A DNA stretch of 64,000 nucleotides. Source: an uncultured Candidatus Saccharibacteria bacterium (GTDB lineage: Bacteria; Patescibacteriota; Minisyncoccia; Phycocordibacterales; UBA5272). This document shows, in pieces, positions 9,554 through 20,510 of this stretch. The stretch spans positions 16,263-80,262 of the forward strand of contig CAZJJX010000002.1 in the NCBI GenBank assembly GCA_964546555.1. The letters run 5' to 3'. Each line of letters begins with the position of its first letter. Within the stretch, counting starts at the first letter, position 1. Below the pieces are notes generated by a model. It was given only the letters and a program-made list of their open reading frames with translations, searched no databases and was not told the DNA's origin. A program made the position numbers and the translations under genes.

Positions 9554-12500
9554 ATGCCTCCAAAATCAATTTCAGAAAAAGAACAAGAAGTGCTCAAATT
9601 CTGGGAAGATAATCACATCTTTGAAAAGTCAGTCAATATGCCTGCAGGCGAACAAGCGCGGGGTAACTTTTCATTTTATGACGGACCACCGTTTGCAACG
9701 GGCCTACCACACTACGGACATATCTTAGCTGGAACTATTAAGGATGCAGTTCCACGTTATCAGACGATGAAAGGAAACTCTGTTCGTCGTGTGTGGGGGT
9801 GGGATTGTCATGGGCTTCCCATTGAAAATTTGATTGAAAAGAAACTTGGGCTTGCAAGTAAAAAGGATATAGAAGATTTTGGAATTGATAAGTTTAATAA
9901 TGATGCGTACCAAAGTGTGCTTCAGTATGAAGAAGAGTGGAAGGGTATTGTTCCGCGTCTTGGAAGATGGATCGATATGGAAAAACCGTATAAGACAATG
10001 GATGCATCATATACGGAAAGTATTTGGTGGGCATGGAAGTCACTCTATGAAAAAAAACTTGCATACGAAGGCAACAAGATGATGCACATTTGTCCTCGTT
10101 GTGAAACAACACTTGCCCAGAGTGAGGTAGGTATGGAGTATCACGATGTTACAGATATTTCCGTCACCGCAAAATTTGAGCTTAAAGATGAGCCGGAAAC
10201 ATTTGTTCTTGCGTGGACAACAACACCATGGACTCTCCCTGGCAATACCGCGCTTGCTATTAATATAGCAATTCCTTATGTAAAAGTGCGAGCTACAAAA
10301 AATGACGGAGTGATAGAATTTTATATTTTAGCAGAAGCAAAGTTTGCAGATTATAAGGTCTATGCAGAAAAAGATTTTAGTAATTTTGAAATAGTGGAGC
10401 AATTACAAGGAAGTGAGCTTGTTGGTAAAACATACAAACCGGTGTTTCCGTATTTTGAAAATGCTGATATAGAAAACAAAGAACATATTTGGAAAGTTTG
10501 GCATGCAGATTTTATTACAGCAGACACTGGAACTGGTATTGCTCACGAAGCTCCAGCATTTGGTGCTGAGGACATGGAACTTGCCAAGGCGCATAAGATT
10601 CCTATTATCAAGCATGTGAAAATGGATGGAACATTTACTTCATCTGTAACAGATTTTGCTGGGATGAAAGTAAAAGTAAAAGACGACACCCAGTCTGCAG
10701 ACATTGAGATTATTAAGTGGCTTGCTCATAATGGTAAGCTCTTTGAGAAGCATAAAATTATTCACTCGTATCCACTTTGTTGGCGATGTAAAACACCGCT
10801 TCTTAACTATGCAACATCGTCGTGGTTTGTGGATGTTCCGAAAATAAAGGAGAAGCTTCTTAGTGAGAACAAGCAGATTGGATGGACGCCATCTCATACC
10901 CGTGACGGACGTTTCGGTAAATGGCTTGAAGGTGCTCGTGAGTGGGCTGTGTCACGTTCAAGATACTGGGGTGCACCACTTCCTGTATGGAAGAATAGTG
11001 ATGGTAGTGAAGTAAAAGTAATTGGCTCACTCAAAGAGCTTGCAGAAGCTAATATGGTAAAGCCAAAGAATACATATTTTGCTATGCGTCATGGGGAATC
11101 TGTTTTTAATACACTTAATAAATTAGATTCACTAGGAAATAAAGATAATGTTCTTACCAAAAAAGGTGTTGGTCAAATAAAGGAAGCAATTAGTAAGCTT
11201 AAGGATCTTAAGGTTGATGTTATTATCTCTTCACCATTACCTCGTACAATAGAGAGTGCGGAGATTCTGTCAGAGGCACTTGGTATCAAGTATGAGGTTG
11301 ATGAAAACTTGCGAGAATTTAATTTTGGGGAGTACGAAAATGTCTCAGCATCAGAGTTTCATGAGATGAAAGATATTCACGAGAATCCATATAAGCGAGT
11401 TCCAGGTGGAGAGTCGTTTAAGGATGGTGCGTACAGATTCATGAAAGTTGTTGGTGCATGCGAAGAGAATTATACAAATAAAAAGATCCTCCTTGTTACT
11501 CATGGATCACATGTCTATATGGGTACTCGTGAAGCAGAATTAGTAACAGATGAGATGATGATACATGGAGGAAAAGACGGACATACAATCAATGTTAAAA
11601 ATGGAGACGTTGTTTCTTTTACTCCACACTGTGTTCCTCGAGATGAGACTGGTGCAGTTAATCTCCATCGTCCATACATTGACCAGATTGAGATGATTGA
11701 CAGTAAAGGAAATCCTATGAAGCGTATAGGGGATGTGTTTGACTGTTGGTTTGAGTCTGGGTCTATGCCGTTTGCGTCTATTCATTATCCATTTGAGAAT
11801 AAAGAAGTTTTTGATAAAAATTATCCAGCGCAGTTTATTGCGGAGGGGATGGATCAGACCAGAGGTTGGTTCTACTCGCTCATTAACCTTGGTGTTGGAT
11901 TATTTGATAAGGCACCCTATGAACATGTGATAGTAAATGGGTTAGTGCTTGCGTCTTCAGGAGTAAAGCTCTCTAAGAGTGAAAAGAATTACACTGACCC
12001 GATGGAGCTTGTAGAGAAGTATGGAGCTGATGCAATGCGTTATGCGCTTCTGTCTTCTCCTGTCGTAAAAGGTGAGAACTTACAATTTGATGATGAGAAT
12101 ATTTCTGATGTGTATAAGAAATGCATTAGTCGACTCGAAAACGTTGTAACACTCTATGAGATGAATAAGGAAGATGAGGTGCAAGCATCAACAAGTTCAA
12201 CAAACATACTCGATAGATGGATGGTTGCACGTATGCACGAGCTTGTAGAAAGCTCTACTCGTGGTTATGATCAATACTTACTCGATGACGCTACTCGAGG
12301 AATAGGAGATATCATAGATGATATATCAGTTTGGTATACACGTAGAAGTCGCGAGCGTCTTAAGGGTGATGAAGGAGAGGACGCAAAGCGCGAAGCATAC
12401 CAAACACTTACTTACACGTTACTTACACTTGCAAAAATCATGGCACCAGTGATGCCATTTATCGCCGAGCGAGTCTATAAAGCAGTTGGCGGAGAAAAGG

Positions 12501-13009
12501 AGTCGGTACATCTTGATAGTTGGCCTACAGAAAGTGCTATCGACACTGATCTCATTACTGATATGAAATTAGTTCGTGAGCTTGTATCACTTGGTCTTAT
12601 GAAGCGCACAGAGTCAAAGATAAACGTGAAGCAACCATTACTTTCAGTAACTTTTAATAGAGCTCTTGATGAAAAGTATTTCGGTCTGATAATCGATGAG
12701 CTCAATGTTAAAGAAGTAAAGATTGACGAAACCTCAATAGTCGACGTGATACTTAATACAACCATTACAGAAGAATTACAAAAAGAAGGAGATATGCGTA
12801 AGCTCATGCGTGCTATTCAGGATGCCCGAAAAGAAAAAGGACTATCTCCAAGTGATAGTGTTACTCTTATCGTTTCCTCTCTTACGCTTCTTTCAGACGA
12901 TACCCAACTTCGTGCAACCTGTAAAATATCTTCAATCAAAGAAGATGTGTCTATTGTGTCTAATCCAACAGATTTTTCTCAACACACTTTGTATTTTGGT
13001 ATTGAATAA
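9554..13009 (+). CDS. ileS: isoleucine--tRNA ligase (type 2) with inserted histidine-phosphatase domain
   Basis: DGPPFATGLPHYGH, GWDCHGLP, WTTTPWTLP editing motif, EGMDQTRGWFY, KLSKS; insert with RHG...LRE...HG. Confidence 0.96.
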   Translation: MPPKSISEKEQEVLKFWEDNHIFEKSVNMPAGEQARGNFSFYDGPPFATGLPHYGHILAGTIKDAVPRYQTMKGNSVRRVWGWDCHGLPIENLIEKKLGLASKKDIEDFGIDKFNNDAYQSVLQYEEEWKGIVPRLGRWIDMEKPYKTMDASYTESIWWAWKSLYEKKLAYEGNKMMHICPRCETTLAQSEVGMEYHDVTDISVTAKFELKDEPETFVLAWTTTPWTLPGNTALAINIAIPYVKVRATKNDGVIEFYILAEAKFADYKVYAEKDFSNFEIVEQLQGSELVGKTYKPVFPYFENADIENKEHIWKVWHADFITADTGTGIAHEAPAFGAEDMELAKAHKIPIIKHVKMDGTFTSSVTDFAGMKVKVKDDTQSADIEIIKWLAHNGKLFEKHKIIHSYPLCWRCKTPLLNYATSSWFVDVPKIKEKLLSENKQIGWTPSHTRDGRFGKWLEGAREWAVSRSRYWGAPLPVWKNSDGSEVKVIGSLKELAEANMVKPKNTYFAMRHGESVFNTLNKLDSLGNKDNVLTKKGVGQIKEAISKLKDLKVDVIISSPLPRTIESAEILSEALGIKYEVDENLREFNFGEYENVSASEFHEMKDIHENPYKRVPGGESFKDGAYRFMKVVGACEENYTNKKILLVTHGSHVYMGTREAELVTDEMMIHGGKDGHTINVKNGDVVSFTPHCVPRDETGAVNLHRPYIDQIEMIDSKGNPMKRIGDVFDCWFESGSMPFASIHYPFENKEVFDKNYPAQFIAEGMDQTRGWFYSLINLGVGLFDKAPYEHVIVNGLVLASSGVKLSKSEKNYTDPMELVEKYGADAMRYALLSSPVVKGENLQFDDENISDVYKKCISRLENVVTLYEMNKEDEVQASTSSTNILDRWMVARMHELVESSTRGYDQYLLDDATRGIGDIIDDISVWYTRRSRERLKGDEGEDAKREAYQTLTYTLLTLAKIMAPVMPFIAERVYKAVGGEKESVHLDSWPTESAIDTDLITDMKLVRELVSLGLMKRTESKINVKQPLLSVTFNRALDEKYFGLIIDELNVKEVKIDETSIVDVILNTTITEELQKEGDMRKLMRAIQDARKEKGLSPSDSVTLIVSSLTLLSDDTQLRATCKISSIKEDVSIVSNPTDFSQHTLYFGIE

Positions 13010-13041
13010 TAACTAAAAACTGACAACTACTAACTGTCCTG

Positions 13042-13596
13042 ATGGCCATCGAAAAGTATACAACCAAAGCAATAGTTCTTGAATGGTACGATCAAGGGGA
13101 GCACGATCGTGTCTTTAAAGTTTTTACACGAGAGTTCGGTCTTCTTATGTGTCACGCAAAGAGTGTTCGTAAACTAGAGAGTAAATTACGTGCGCATCTT
13201 CTACCTCGCTCGGTTAGTCTTATTACCCTTGTTCAAGGGAAGGAAGTTTGGCGACTTGTTGGTGCAGAACATGAGCATGTTGCTTCACCTTATATTCATG
13301 ATGTGGTGCAACTCCTTAAACGGTTTGTAAGAGGTGAAGGTGAACATACTTTTCTTTATGACAGGCTGACAGAGTTTCTTACGTGTAATCATGTATATGA
13401 TGAGCAAACAACGAGATTGCTGCTTTATTTTATGATGCTTACTGAGCTCGGGTATGCGGATGCAAAAGTTCTCGGAGTTACTTCTCATAAGGACTACTCT
13501 GAACTTCAAATTGAAGATCTGTATACTCATCTTCTTCTTACAAAACAGCAAGTCAGAAAGCATATTCAAGAAGTTCTGCTAGAAATGCACCTTTAG
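13042..13596 (+). CDS. recO: DNA repair protein RecO (short form)
   Basis: KAIVL...GEHDRVFKVFTREFG...AKSVRKLESKL N-terminal OB fold. Confidence 0.85.
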   Translation: MAIEKYTTKAIVLEWYDQGEHDRVFKVFTREFGLLMCHAKSVRKLESKLRAHLLPRSVSLITLVQGKEVWRLVGAEHEHVASPYIHDVVQLLKRFVRGEGEHTFLYDRLTEFLTCNHVYDEQTTRLLLYFMMLTELGYADAKVLGVTSHKDYSELQIEDLYTHLLLTKQQVRKHIQEVLLEMHL

Positions 13597-13634
13597 GTAC
13601 ACGAAGAGATTTTTCTTCTGATATACTTGGTGGT

Positions 13635-15515
13635 ATGGATCAACTGCCAAAACCTAGCACCACAGATGACAATCTTCATGCAATAGATTCGATAGAGCAC
13701 GAGCTCTACAATCCAAATGTGCACGCACATCAAGCAGAGACACATCGTGTAAAAACTCACAGATCACTTAACCTCCCTCAGTCGTGGGGAGAAGAGGCTC
13801 CTCTTGTTGTTAAAATAAAAGAAGAAGGCGGGTCAACCTTTGGAACAAAATTGCTTCTTATTGCGACGTTGTTTTTTTTGGTAATGCTTGGATTCTCTGC
13901 GTGGAGAGTAATGTCTGCACGTAATGTTGTATCTGCAAACAATATAGACATGACCGCAGATATGGAAGCCTTTGTTGAAGGAGGGGAACGTGCACCTCTT
14001 ACACTTCGTCTTAGAAATCGTAATCGTGCACCCCTTGAGTCTACAAACATTACACTTTCCTATAAGCAAGGAAGCGGATCGCAGGATGAACAAGAGAAAA
14101 AAATAGAAAAGAAGGACCTCGGGACTCTTGCACCAGATGCAGCACTAGCGCTTGACTACGGGGTTGTGCTTTATGGAAGTGAAGGTGAGACGCGTGACAT
14201 TACACTTAAGCTTGAATATAAGGTTGCGGGGTCTAATTCGTATTTTACAAAAACAGTACAGAAGCAAGTTATTTTGCGCTCCCCACCAATCTCTGTTGGA
14301 ATTGACGGTCCAGAAAAACTATCTCTTGGACAAAGCGGGGTATATGTTTTTACTGTTCGTAATAACTCCGCAACCTCCTCTGTTGCAAGTGTTTTACGTC
14401 TTCAGTTTCCAGAAAATTTTAAGCTAGAAAAGACTGATAGTAAACCAATAGGTCGCAGCACATCATGGAATGTCCCTAGGCTTTCAAAAGGGGATTCGTT
14501 CTCGGTGACTGTTACGGGGTCATTCAGTACAAAAGAAGGTGAGAAGAGTGCGCTCTTGGCACAGGTTGGTTTGGCTGGAGATTCACCTTCTGAAATTGGC
14601 CTTGTGTTTTCTTCTGCAAGTTATGATGTAGCAATGAGAACATCACCACTCCTTGTTGTGCAAGATTTGTCATCAGAAAGTTCTCTTAATGAATTTATAA
14701 AGTACGGTGATCGTGCGCGTGTAAAAATTACCTACACAAATAGTAGCAATGAGCCACTAGAAGATGTTTCTATAGTTCTGAAACTCTCAGGGGATGCACC
14801 TATATATGCTTCTGTTGAACCGGGGGATGGGTATTATAATTCTGTAGATAAAACCATAACATGGAATAAAGCAAATAGTCCTGATCTTGCAATCCTTGCA
14901 CCAAATGCAAATGGAACATTAAATCTTTCAATTCCAATTGTTGCAAAAGGTATAAATTCTCCCGTGCTTACACTTACAACAACGGGAGTTGCTACTGCAA
15001 AATTAACTGACGATGTAGTTACAAATGTTACAAAAACATACGGAGTCTCGGGTAGTGCGACACTTCAAGCAGGCACACAGTATAAGACTTCTTCGTTTAC
15101 AAATACTGGCCCTATTCCTCCTCGTCCGAATCAAGAAACAACCTATACAGCAAATTTAAAAGTTGTTGCACAAAATGCCATTGTTAATACTAAGGTCTCA
15201 TTTACATTACCTATCTATGTTACATGGCGTGGCGTAACTTCAGACCCTGCTGTTACCTATGATGCAAAACGAAGAACAGTCACCTGGAATATTGGTAGTC
15301 TAGATCAAGGAAAAACTGCAAGCGTAGACGTTGGACTTCTTGTGAAACCTTCACAAAGTCACGTCGGTCAATCTCCTCCGATTACTTCTGGTATTGTACT
15401 TGATGCTGACGAGGCGGTATCGAGAACTCATATAAAGAGCACGCTCTCTGCACTCACGACAGCTCTTCGTAATGAGTTGTGGCCAACTAATCCATCTATT
15501 GTTGTTGATAAGTAG
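13635..15515 (+). CDS. membrane-anchored protein with tandem Ig-like/DUF11-type beta domains
   Basis: One TM followed by repeated beta-rich units (YVFTVRNN, ITWN, VTWNIGSL). Confidence 0.7.
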   Translation: MDQLPKPSTTDDNLHAIDSIEHELYNPNVHAHQAETHRVKTHRSLNLPQSWGEEAPLVVKIKEEGGSTFGTKLLLIATLFFLVMLGFSAWRVMSARNVVSANNIDMTADMEAFVEGGERAPLTLRLRNRNRAPLESTNITLSYKQGSGSQDEQEKKIEKKDLGTLAPDAALALDYGVVLYGSEGETRDITLKLEYKVAGSNSYFTKTVQKQVILRSPPISVGIDGPEKLSLGQSGVYVFTVRNNSATSSVASVLRLQFPENFKLEKTDSKPIGRSTSWNVPRLSKGDSFSVTVTGSFSTKEGEKSALLAQVGLAGDSPSEIGLVFSSASYDVAMRTSPLLVVQDLSSESSLNEFIKYGDRARVKITYTNSSNEPLEDVSIVLKLSGDAPIYASVEPGDGYYNSVDKTITWNKANSPDLAILAPNANGTLNLSIPIVAKGINSPVLTLTTTGVATAKLTDDVVTNVTKTYGVSGSATLQAGTQYKTSSFTNTGPIPPRPNQETTYTANLKVVAQNAIVNTKVSFTLPIYVTWRGVTSDPAVTYDAKRRTVTWNIGSLDQGKTASVDVGLLVKPSQSHVGQSPPITSGIVLDADEAVSRTHIKSTLSALTTALRNELWPTNPSIVVDK

Positions 15516-15615
15516 AGGGTGAAGGGGAGGTGGGTTAAGGGGTTAGTGGTAGGTACATACAAATACAATGAGGTACCAATACCCGCTAGTTTCTAACTTG
15601 TGCTAGAATACGCTC

Positions 15616-16659
15616 ATGAAGGAAAATCTTACTATTTCAATCTCATCGGGCACCATTATTAAGGTTCTAGCTTGGATTACTGTGTTTGCTGCACTTTTAT
15701 ACATAAATGATTTTGTTATTGCACTTTTAGTTGCTGTCGTCCTTGCATCTTCTGTTGAAATGCCTGTACGAAAACTTGTGAAATGGGGAGCCCCACGAGC
15801 CCTTGCGGTGACTGGACTGTTTCTTTTCTTACTCATTCTTGTCGCAGCTATTATGCTTTTGTTTCTTCCGCCGATTGCGGATGACATTGCAAGGTTTATT
15901 AAGACGCTTCCTACGCTCCTTGAATCACTTAGAATTTTCGGTAAAGATCTCGGTCTTAAGGACCTCTCGCTTATGGTTGCGCAGCTGTCTCAAGATATTT
16001 CTAAAGGGCAGATACTCACGATTCTCAAGAATATTTTTATAGGATCCGGTAGTTTCTTTGCAACAACATCAGTTGTTATTGGAAGTCTTCTTAATCTTTT
16101 GCTTACTTTTGTTCTTGCGTTCTATCTTGCGCTTGAAGAAGATGGAGTTCATAAATTTTTACGATTGATTGTTCCAAAGCACCAAGAAGAATACATTGAT
16201 AACCTATGGAGTCGAGCCCAAAGAAAAATTGGTCTATGGATGCAAGGACAATTACTTCTTTCTCTTCTTGTTGCACTGCTTGTATATATACCGATGCTTA
16301 TCCTTGATATGCCGTATGCGTCGCTTCTTGCAATCATTGCATTCTTTGGAGAACTTATTCCAATGGTTGGTTTGACAATTGCAACAGTTCCAGCGCTTTT
16401 TATTGCGTGGGCACACGGTGGACTTTCACTCCTTGGAATTGTTGGACTTATTTATTTTGTAATCGGGCAACTTGAAGGTAATGTTCTTTATCCAAAAGTA
16501 ATGAATAAGATGGTAGGTGTACCGTCTATCATTGTGCTCATTGCTCTTGTTGTTGGTGCTAAGTTTGCGGGAATCTGGGGGATGATACTTGCAGTACCAC
16601 TTGCAGCAATTGTGATGGAACTTATTAATGATATAGATAAACGAAAATCAAATGCCTAA
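15616..16659 (+). CDS. AI-2E family transporter
   Basis: Multi-TM; WMQGQLL, LIPMVG, QLEGNVLYPKVM, GIWGMILAVP. Confidence 0.92.
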   Translation: MKENLTISISSGTIIKVLAWITVFAALLYINDFVIALLVAVVLASSVEMPVRKLVKWGAPRALAVTGLFLFLLILVAAIMLLFLPPIADDIARFIKTLPTLLESLRIFGKDLGLKDLSLMVAQLSQDISKGQILTILKNIFIGSGSFFATTSVVIGSLLNLLLTFVLAFYLALEEDGVHKFLRLIVPKHQEEYIDNLWSRAQRKIGLWMQGQLLLSLLVALLVYIPMLILDMPYASLLAIIAFFGELIPMVGLTIATVPALFIAWAHGGLSLLGIVGLIYFVIGQLEGNVLYPKVMNKMVGVPSIIVLIALVVGAKFAGIWGMILAVPLAAIVMELINDIDKRKSNA

Positions 16660-18097
16660 AGAATCAAAACGAACACTGCTCTCAACTGCAATCGCCTATG
16701 CAAATGGTGTCCCACATATTGGACATGCTTTTGAATGTGTTATGGCAGATTCGCTTGCGCGTTATTATAAGACAAAGTACGACACATATTTTATTACAGG
16801 TATGGATGAGCATGGGCAGAAGATAGAAGAGAAAGCGAATGAGAAAAATATCCCTGCGCAAAAGTTTGTTGATAGTTATGCTGAGGCATTTAAGTCGCTT
16901 GATAATGAGTTAAGTGTTGCGTATGATTTTTTTGTTCGTACAAGCGATAAAGAAAAACATTACATAGGTGCGCAGTATCTATGGAATAAACTTCTGGAAA
17001 GAGGTGACCTAGAAAAGCGTACGTATAAGGCTCTCTATTGTGTTGGTTGTGAAGAATTCAAAACAGAGAAGGACTTAAATGAAGAAGGTCTATGTCCGGC
17101 ACATCTTAAGAAGCCAGAAATTGTAGAAGAAGAAAATTATTTCTTTACTCTCCACAAATACACTGCCGCCATAAAGGACGCAATAGAAAAAGGTGAAATG
17201 GAAATTGTTCCACAAACTCGTAAGAATGAAATCCTTGCTTTTCTTGACCGTGGACTTGAAGATGTTTCATTCTCTCGACCTAAGAGTAAAGTGTCGTGGG
17301 GGATACCAGTGCCAGGCGATGATACTCAGGTGATGTATGTGTGGTGTGATGCGCTCTCAAATTACATTACAGCAATCGGATATGGAACTGATGGTTTTGA
17401 TGAAGAAAGATGGAATGATGCAACTCATATTATTGGTAAAGATATTTTGCGTTTTCATGCTGCCATTTGGCCGGGTATGCTTTTGTCTGCAGGACTCCCA
17501 CTACCAAAGAGGATCCTTGTTCATGGTCATATTACAAGTGGTGGACAGAAAATGAGTAAATCACTAGGTAACGTTATTGATCCACGTGAAATAATCGACC
17601 TCTTTCAACCCGTATGTCATGATCTCGCAGGGGAAGCTCTTAGATTTATCGTGCTTCATGAAGTGCCTTCATTTGAAGATGGAGATATCACTCTTGATTC
17701 AATTAAGTCACTCTATACTGCGCATCTTGCAAATGGAATTGGTAATCTTACGAATCGTATAATGAAAATGGCAATTACTCACAGTGTATTATCAAGTGGT
17801 GCAATAGATATTCCTCCTGTGTATCAATCACTTGACGAATTTAATGTAAAAGGTGCGCTTAATAATTTGGTCACGGCCATAACATCACTTGATCGTAAGA
17901 TACAAGAAGAAGAAGCATTTAAGGTGATAAAAGTTGATCAAGAAAAAGGAAAGGAATATATTGCTAAGTATGTATGTGAATTAAGAGGTATAGCAAATGT
18001 GCTTGCATTCTTTATGCCACGAACATCTTCTAAAATTCTTGAATGTATTATCGAAAATAAGATGCCTGAAAAGCCACTATTTGGTCGTCTCTCATAA
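16652..18097 (+). CDS. metG: methionine--tRNA ligase (short form)
   Basis: YANGVPHIGH, TGMDEHGQK, YVWCDAL, IGKDILRFH, KMSKS. Confidence 0.98.
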   Translation: MPKESKRTLLSTAIAYANGVPHIGHAFECVMADSLARYYKTKYDTYFITGMDEHGQKIEEKANEKNIPAQKFVDSYAEAFKSLDNELSVAYDFFVRTSDKEKHYIGAQYLWNKLLERGDLEKRTYKALYCVGCEEFKTEKDLNEEGLCPAHLKKPEIVEEENYFFTLHKYTAAIKDAIEKGEMEIVPQTRKNEILAFLDRGLEDVSFSRPKSKVSWGIPVPGDDTQVMYVWCDALSNYITAIGYGTDGFDEERWNDATHIIGKDILRFHAAIWPGMLLSAGLPLPKRILVHGHITSGGQKMSKSLGNVIDPREIIDLFQPVCHDLAGEALRFIVLHEVPSFEDGDITLDSIKSLYTAHLANGIGNLTNRIMKMAITHSVLSSGAIDIPPVYQSLDEFNVKGALNNLVTAITSLDRKIQEEEAFKVIKVDQEKGKEYIAKYVCELRGIANVLAFFMPRTSSKILECIIENKMPEKPLFGRLS

Positions 18098-18459
18098 TGA
18101 AAAAGATATACAACAAGTTAGTGAGAGATAAGATGGTTGATATCTATCAGCATGATGTTGAGAACAAAATTAGTGCGAGTGGCTATAGTGTGCGATACAT
18201 GGAAAAGACCGAGACACTTGAGAGATTGAAAGATAAACTTCTCGAGGAAGCACAAGAAGTGTTTGAGGCATATAACAATGAGGACAAATCGCATCTCAAA
18301 GAAGAGATTGCGGACGTGATAGAAGTTATCGATGCAATTTTGTATCACAATACTATTACACTTGAAGAAGTGCTTGCAATTCGTGATGCAAAAAAAGAAA
18401 AGAAGGGTGGTTTTGAAAAAGGTATTTATTTAGAAAGTATAGATTATTTTGAAAAGTAA
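18097..18459 (+). CDS. all-alpha NTP pyrophosphohydrolase (MazG/PRA-PH-like)
   Basis: YNKLVRDK, KLLEEAQE, EEIADV.EV, KKGGF. Confidence 0.85.
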   Translation: MKKIYNKLVRDKMVDIYQHDVENKISASGYSVRYMEKTETLERLKDKLLEEAQEVFEAYNNEDKSHLKEEIADVIEVIDAILYHNTITLEEVLAIRDAKKEKKGGFEKGIYLESIDYFEK

Positions 18460-18465
18460 ACGTAT

Positions 18466-19077
18466 ATGACCCCACACGCACAAGGCCTTGTTGATATCGG
18501 TAGATTGGTTTTACAATTTGCAAAAGTAAATCGCGTGACACTTCATGAGGATGGCAAACGTCTTGAATCTGACACAGATCACACAGTAATGTTGTCTGTA
18601 GCTTCGCTTGCTCTTGGTGAACGGTTATATCATGGAGAACTTGATCTTGGGATGGTTGCACAATTTGCAATTGTTCATGATTTGGTAGAGGTGTATGCTA
18701 TGGACACGGATAGTTTTGGTATTAGCGATGCAAAGCGTAAAGAAAAAGAAGAGCGAGAACATAAAGCCTATCTTCGCATCGAGGGTGAATTTAAAGATGT
18801 CTACCCATGGATACCTAACACAATCAAAAAATATGAAGCACTCGACACCAAGGAGGCTCGTTTTGTAAAGACGCTTGATAAAGCAATGTCGAAGATAACA
18901 CATATTTTAAATAACGGGCAGTATTTTAAGAATAGAGGATTATCTGAAGAAGTAATGTGGCGCGATTATACTGAAGTGGTGAAGACGGCAGAGAGTAAAT
19001 ATGGCGCTGAATTTCCAGAAATAATAAGCATTATGGAAGAAATGATGGAGGAAGCAAGAAAGAAGACGTATAGCTAA
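18466..19077 (+). CDS. HD-domain phosphohydrolase (YfbR-like)
   Basis: ESDTDH, VHDLVEVY..D, EARFVK.LDK. Confidence 0.85.
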   Translation: MTPHAQGLVDIGRLVLQFAKVNRVTLHEDGKRLESDTDHTVMLSVASLALGERLYHGELDLGMVAQFAIVHDLVEVYAMDTDSFGISDAKRKEKEEREHKAYLRIEGEFKDVYPWIPNTIKKYEALDTKEARFVKTLDKAMSKITHILNNGQYFKNRGLSEEVMWRDYTEVVKTAESKYGAEFPEIISIMEEMMEEARKKTYS

Positions 19078-19136
19078 CAGCACGGTATGTTTCGCATTTT
19101 AGCTCCTCGTATGTAATACTAATTACAATATATTCT

Positions 19137-19979
19137 ATGAATTACGCACTATTTGATGCACATGCACACGTTCACGATGTTGCCTACAAAGATGATATGA
19201 AGGAAATCTTAGACGAGATGAAGGCATATGGGGTTGGGGCGATTACTGTTGGGACAGATCTTACACGTAGTAAGGAGGCTGTTACTGTTGCAGATGCTTA
19301 CGATCACATTTATGCGACAATCGGACTCCACCCAGCAGATAACGTGACCGAAGAATTTGATGAAGATGCTTTTGAGAAATTATTACAGAGTTCACAAAAA
19401 ATTGTAGCAATTGGGGAATGTGGACTAGACTACCACTATATAGAAAATTTTTTTGAAAGAGACAAAAAAGAGAAGGGGGTATCGCACAATAAAGATGCTG
19501 AAGCAGATAGACAGCAAGCAATTTTTGAAAAACAAGTGCACTTTGCAGCAAAGCATAATCTCCCACTTATGCTTCATGGTAGACCAAGTAAAGGCAGTAT
19601 GGATGCATATGAAGATATGCTTTACATTCTTGAGAATGCAAAAAAGAAGTACGGCACGCTTCTTCGTGGGAACGCTCACTTCTTTGTTGGCACTATTGAT
19701 ATTGCAGAGAGATTTGTGCAACTTGGTTTTACGATGAGTTTTTCTGGTGTTATCACTTTTGCGAAAGAGTACGATGACGTTGTGCGATATCTTCCGTCTA
19801 CTATGATTCTTGCAGAGACAGATAGTCCTTATGCAACACCTCATCCGTTCCGCGGTAAGCGTAATAGCCCAATGTATGTACAAGAAGTTGCTGCACGTAT
19901 TGCAGTACTCCGTAACGAACCATTTGAAGAGACTCGGGTACAGTTGCTTGAAAATGTGCGAAGAATTTTTGGAATCTAA
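19137..19979 (+). CDS. tatD: TatD family nuclease
   Basis: DAHAH, GLHP, AIGECGLDY, ETDSPY..P.PFRGKRN. Confidence 0.95.
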   Translation: MNYALFDAHAHVHDVAYKDDMKEILDEMKAYGVGAITVGTDLTRSKEAVTVADAYDHIYATIGLHPADNVTEEFDEDAFEKLLQSSQKIVAIGECGLDYHYIENFFERDKKEKGVSHNKDAEADRQQAIFEKQVHFAAKHNLPLMLHGRPSKGSMDAYEDMLYILENAKKKYGTLLRGNAHFFVGTIDIAERFVQLGFTMSFSGVITFAKEYDDVVRYLPSTMILAETDSPYATPHPFRGKRNSPMYVQEVAARIAVLRNEPFEETRVQLLENVRRIFGI

Positions 19980-20052
19980 TTTGCAATCTTTCTTAAAGTA
20001 AAGTAGAGTCTGATAGTTGTTCTTTATTAATGTCCTTAAAAAAGGTGGTTTT

Positions 20053-20430
20053 ATGATATTTGGGGTCTCTTTATTGTGTGCATTAGTGGGATGGGTTATT
20101 AACATGGTTGCATCGTCATGTGTATTTGTATTTCTAGATAAGAACATTGCAGGCGGTGCAGTGCTTAACAACATCAAGGTGATTACAAGTAATGATCTGT
20201 CTGCAATTAGTATGGGTTATTTTCTTAAAGGTGTTGCCAACATCTCTCAACGAACCGTACTCTTTTGTCTTCTTTTTAATCTCACTGTAAATACAGACAA
20301 CTTGTTTGTGCTTCTTTTTGTGCCAGTTTTTGTGAGTTTGGTAAGTATCGTGAGTCTACTTATTCTTGCAAAATTTTCAAAAACATTTTTTGGAAATCTT
20401 CTAGAACGTGGTAAAAAACAGCCACAATGA
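20053..20430 (+). CDS. hypothetical membrane protein
   Basis: Hydrophobic ORF; start set after AAGGTGG. Confidence 0.5.
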   Translation: MIFGVSLLCALVGWVINMVASSCVFVFLDKNIAGGAVLNNIKVITSNDLSAISMGYFLKGVANISQRTVLFCLLFNLTVNTDNLFVLLFVPVFVSLVSIVSLLILAKFSKTFFGNLLERGKKQPQ

Positions 20431-20510
20431 CAGTATTGACTTTTCTTCCTAAAAAGCGCAGGATGTCAGGAGGTGCCCTCAGTTAACCCATACCAAAGAA
20501 GGAGGAACGT

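Noticed and set aside
19425-20177. 250-aa minus-strand ORF
   Set aside because: Antisense to tatD; no motif.
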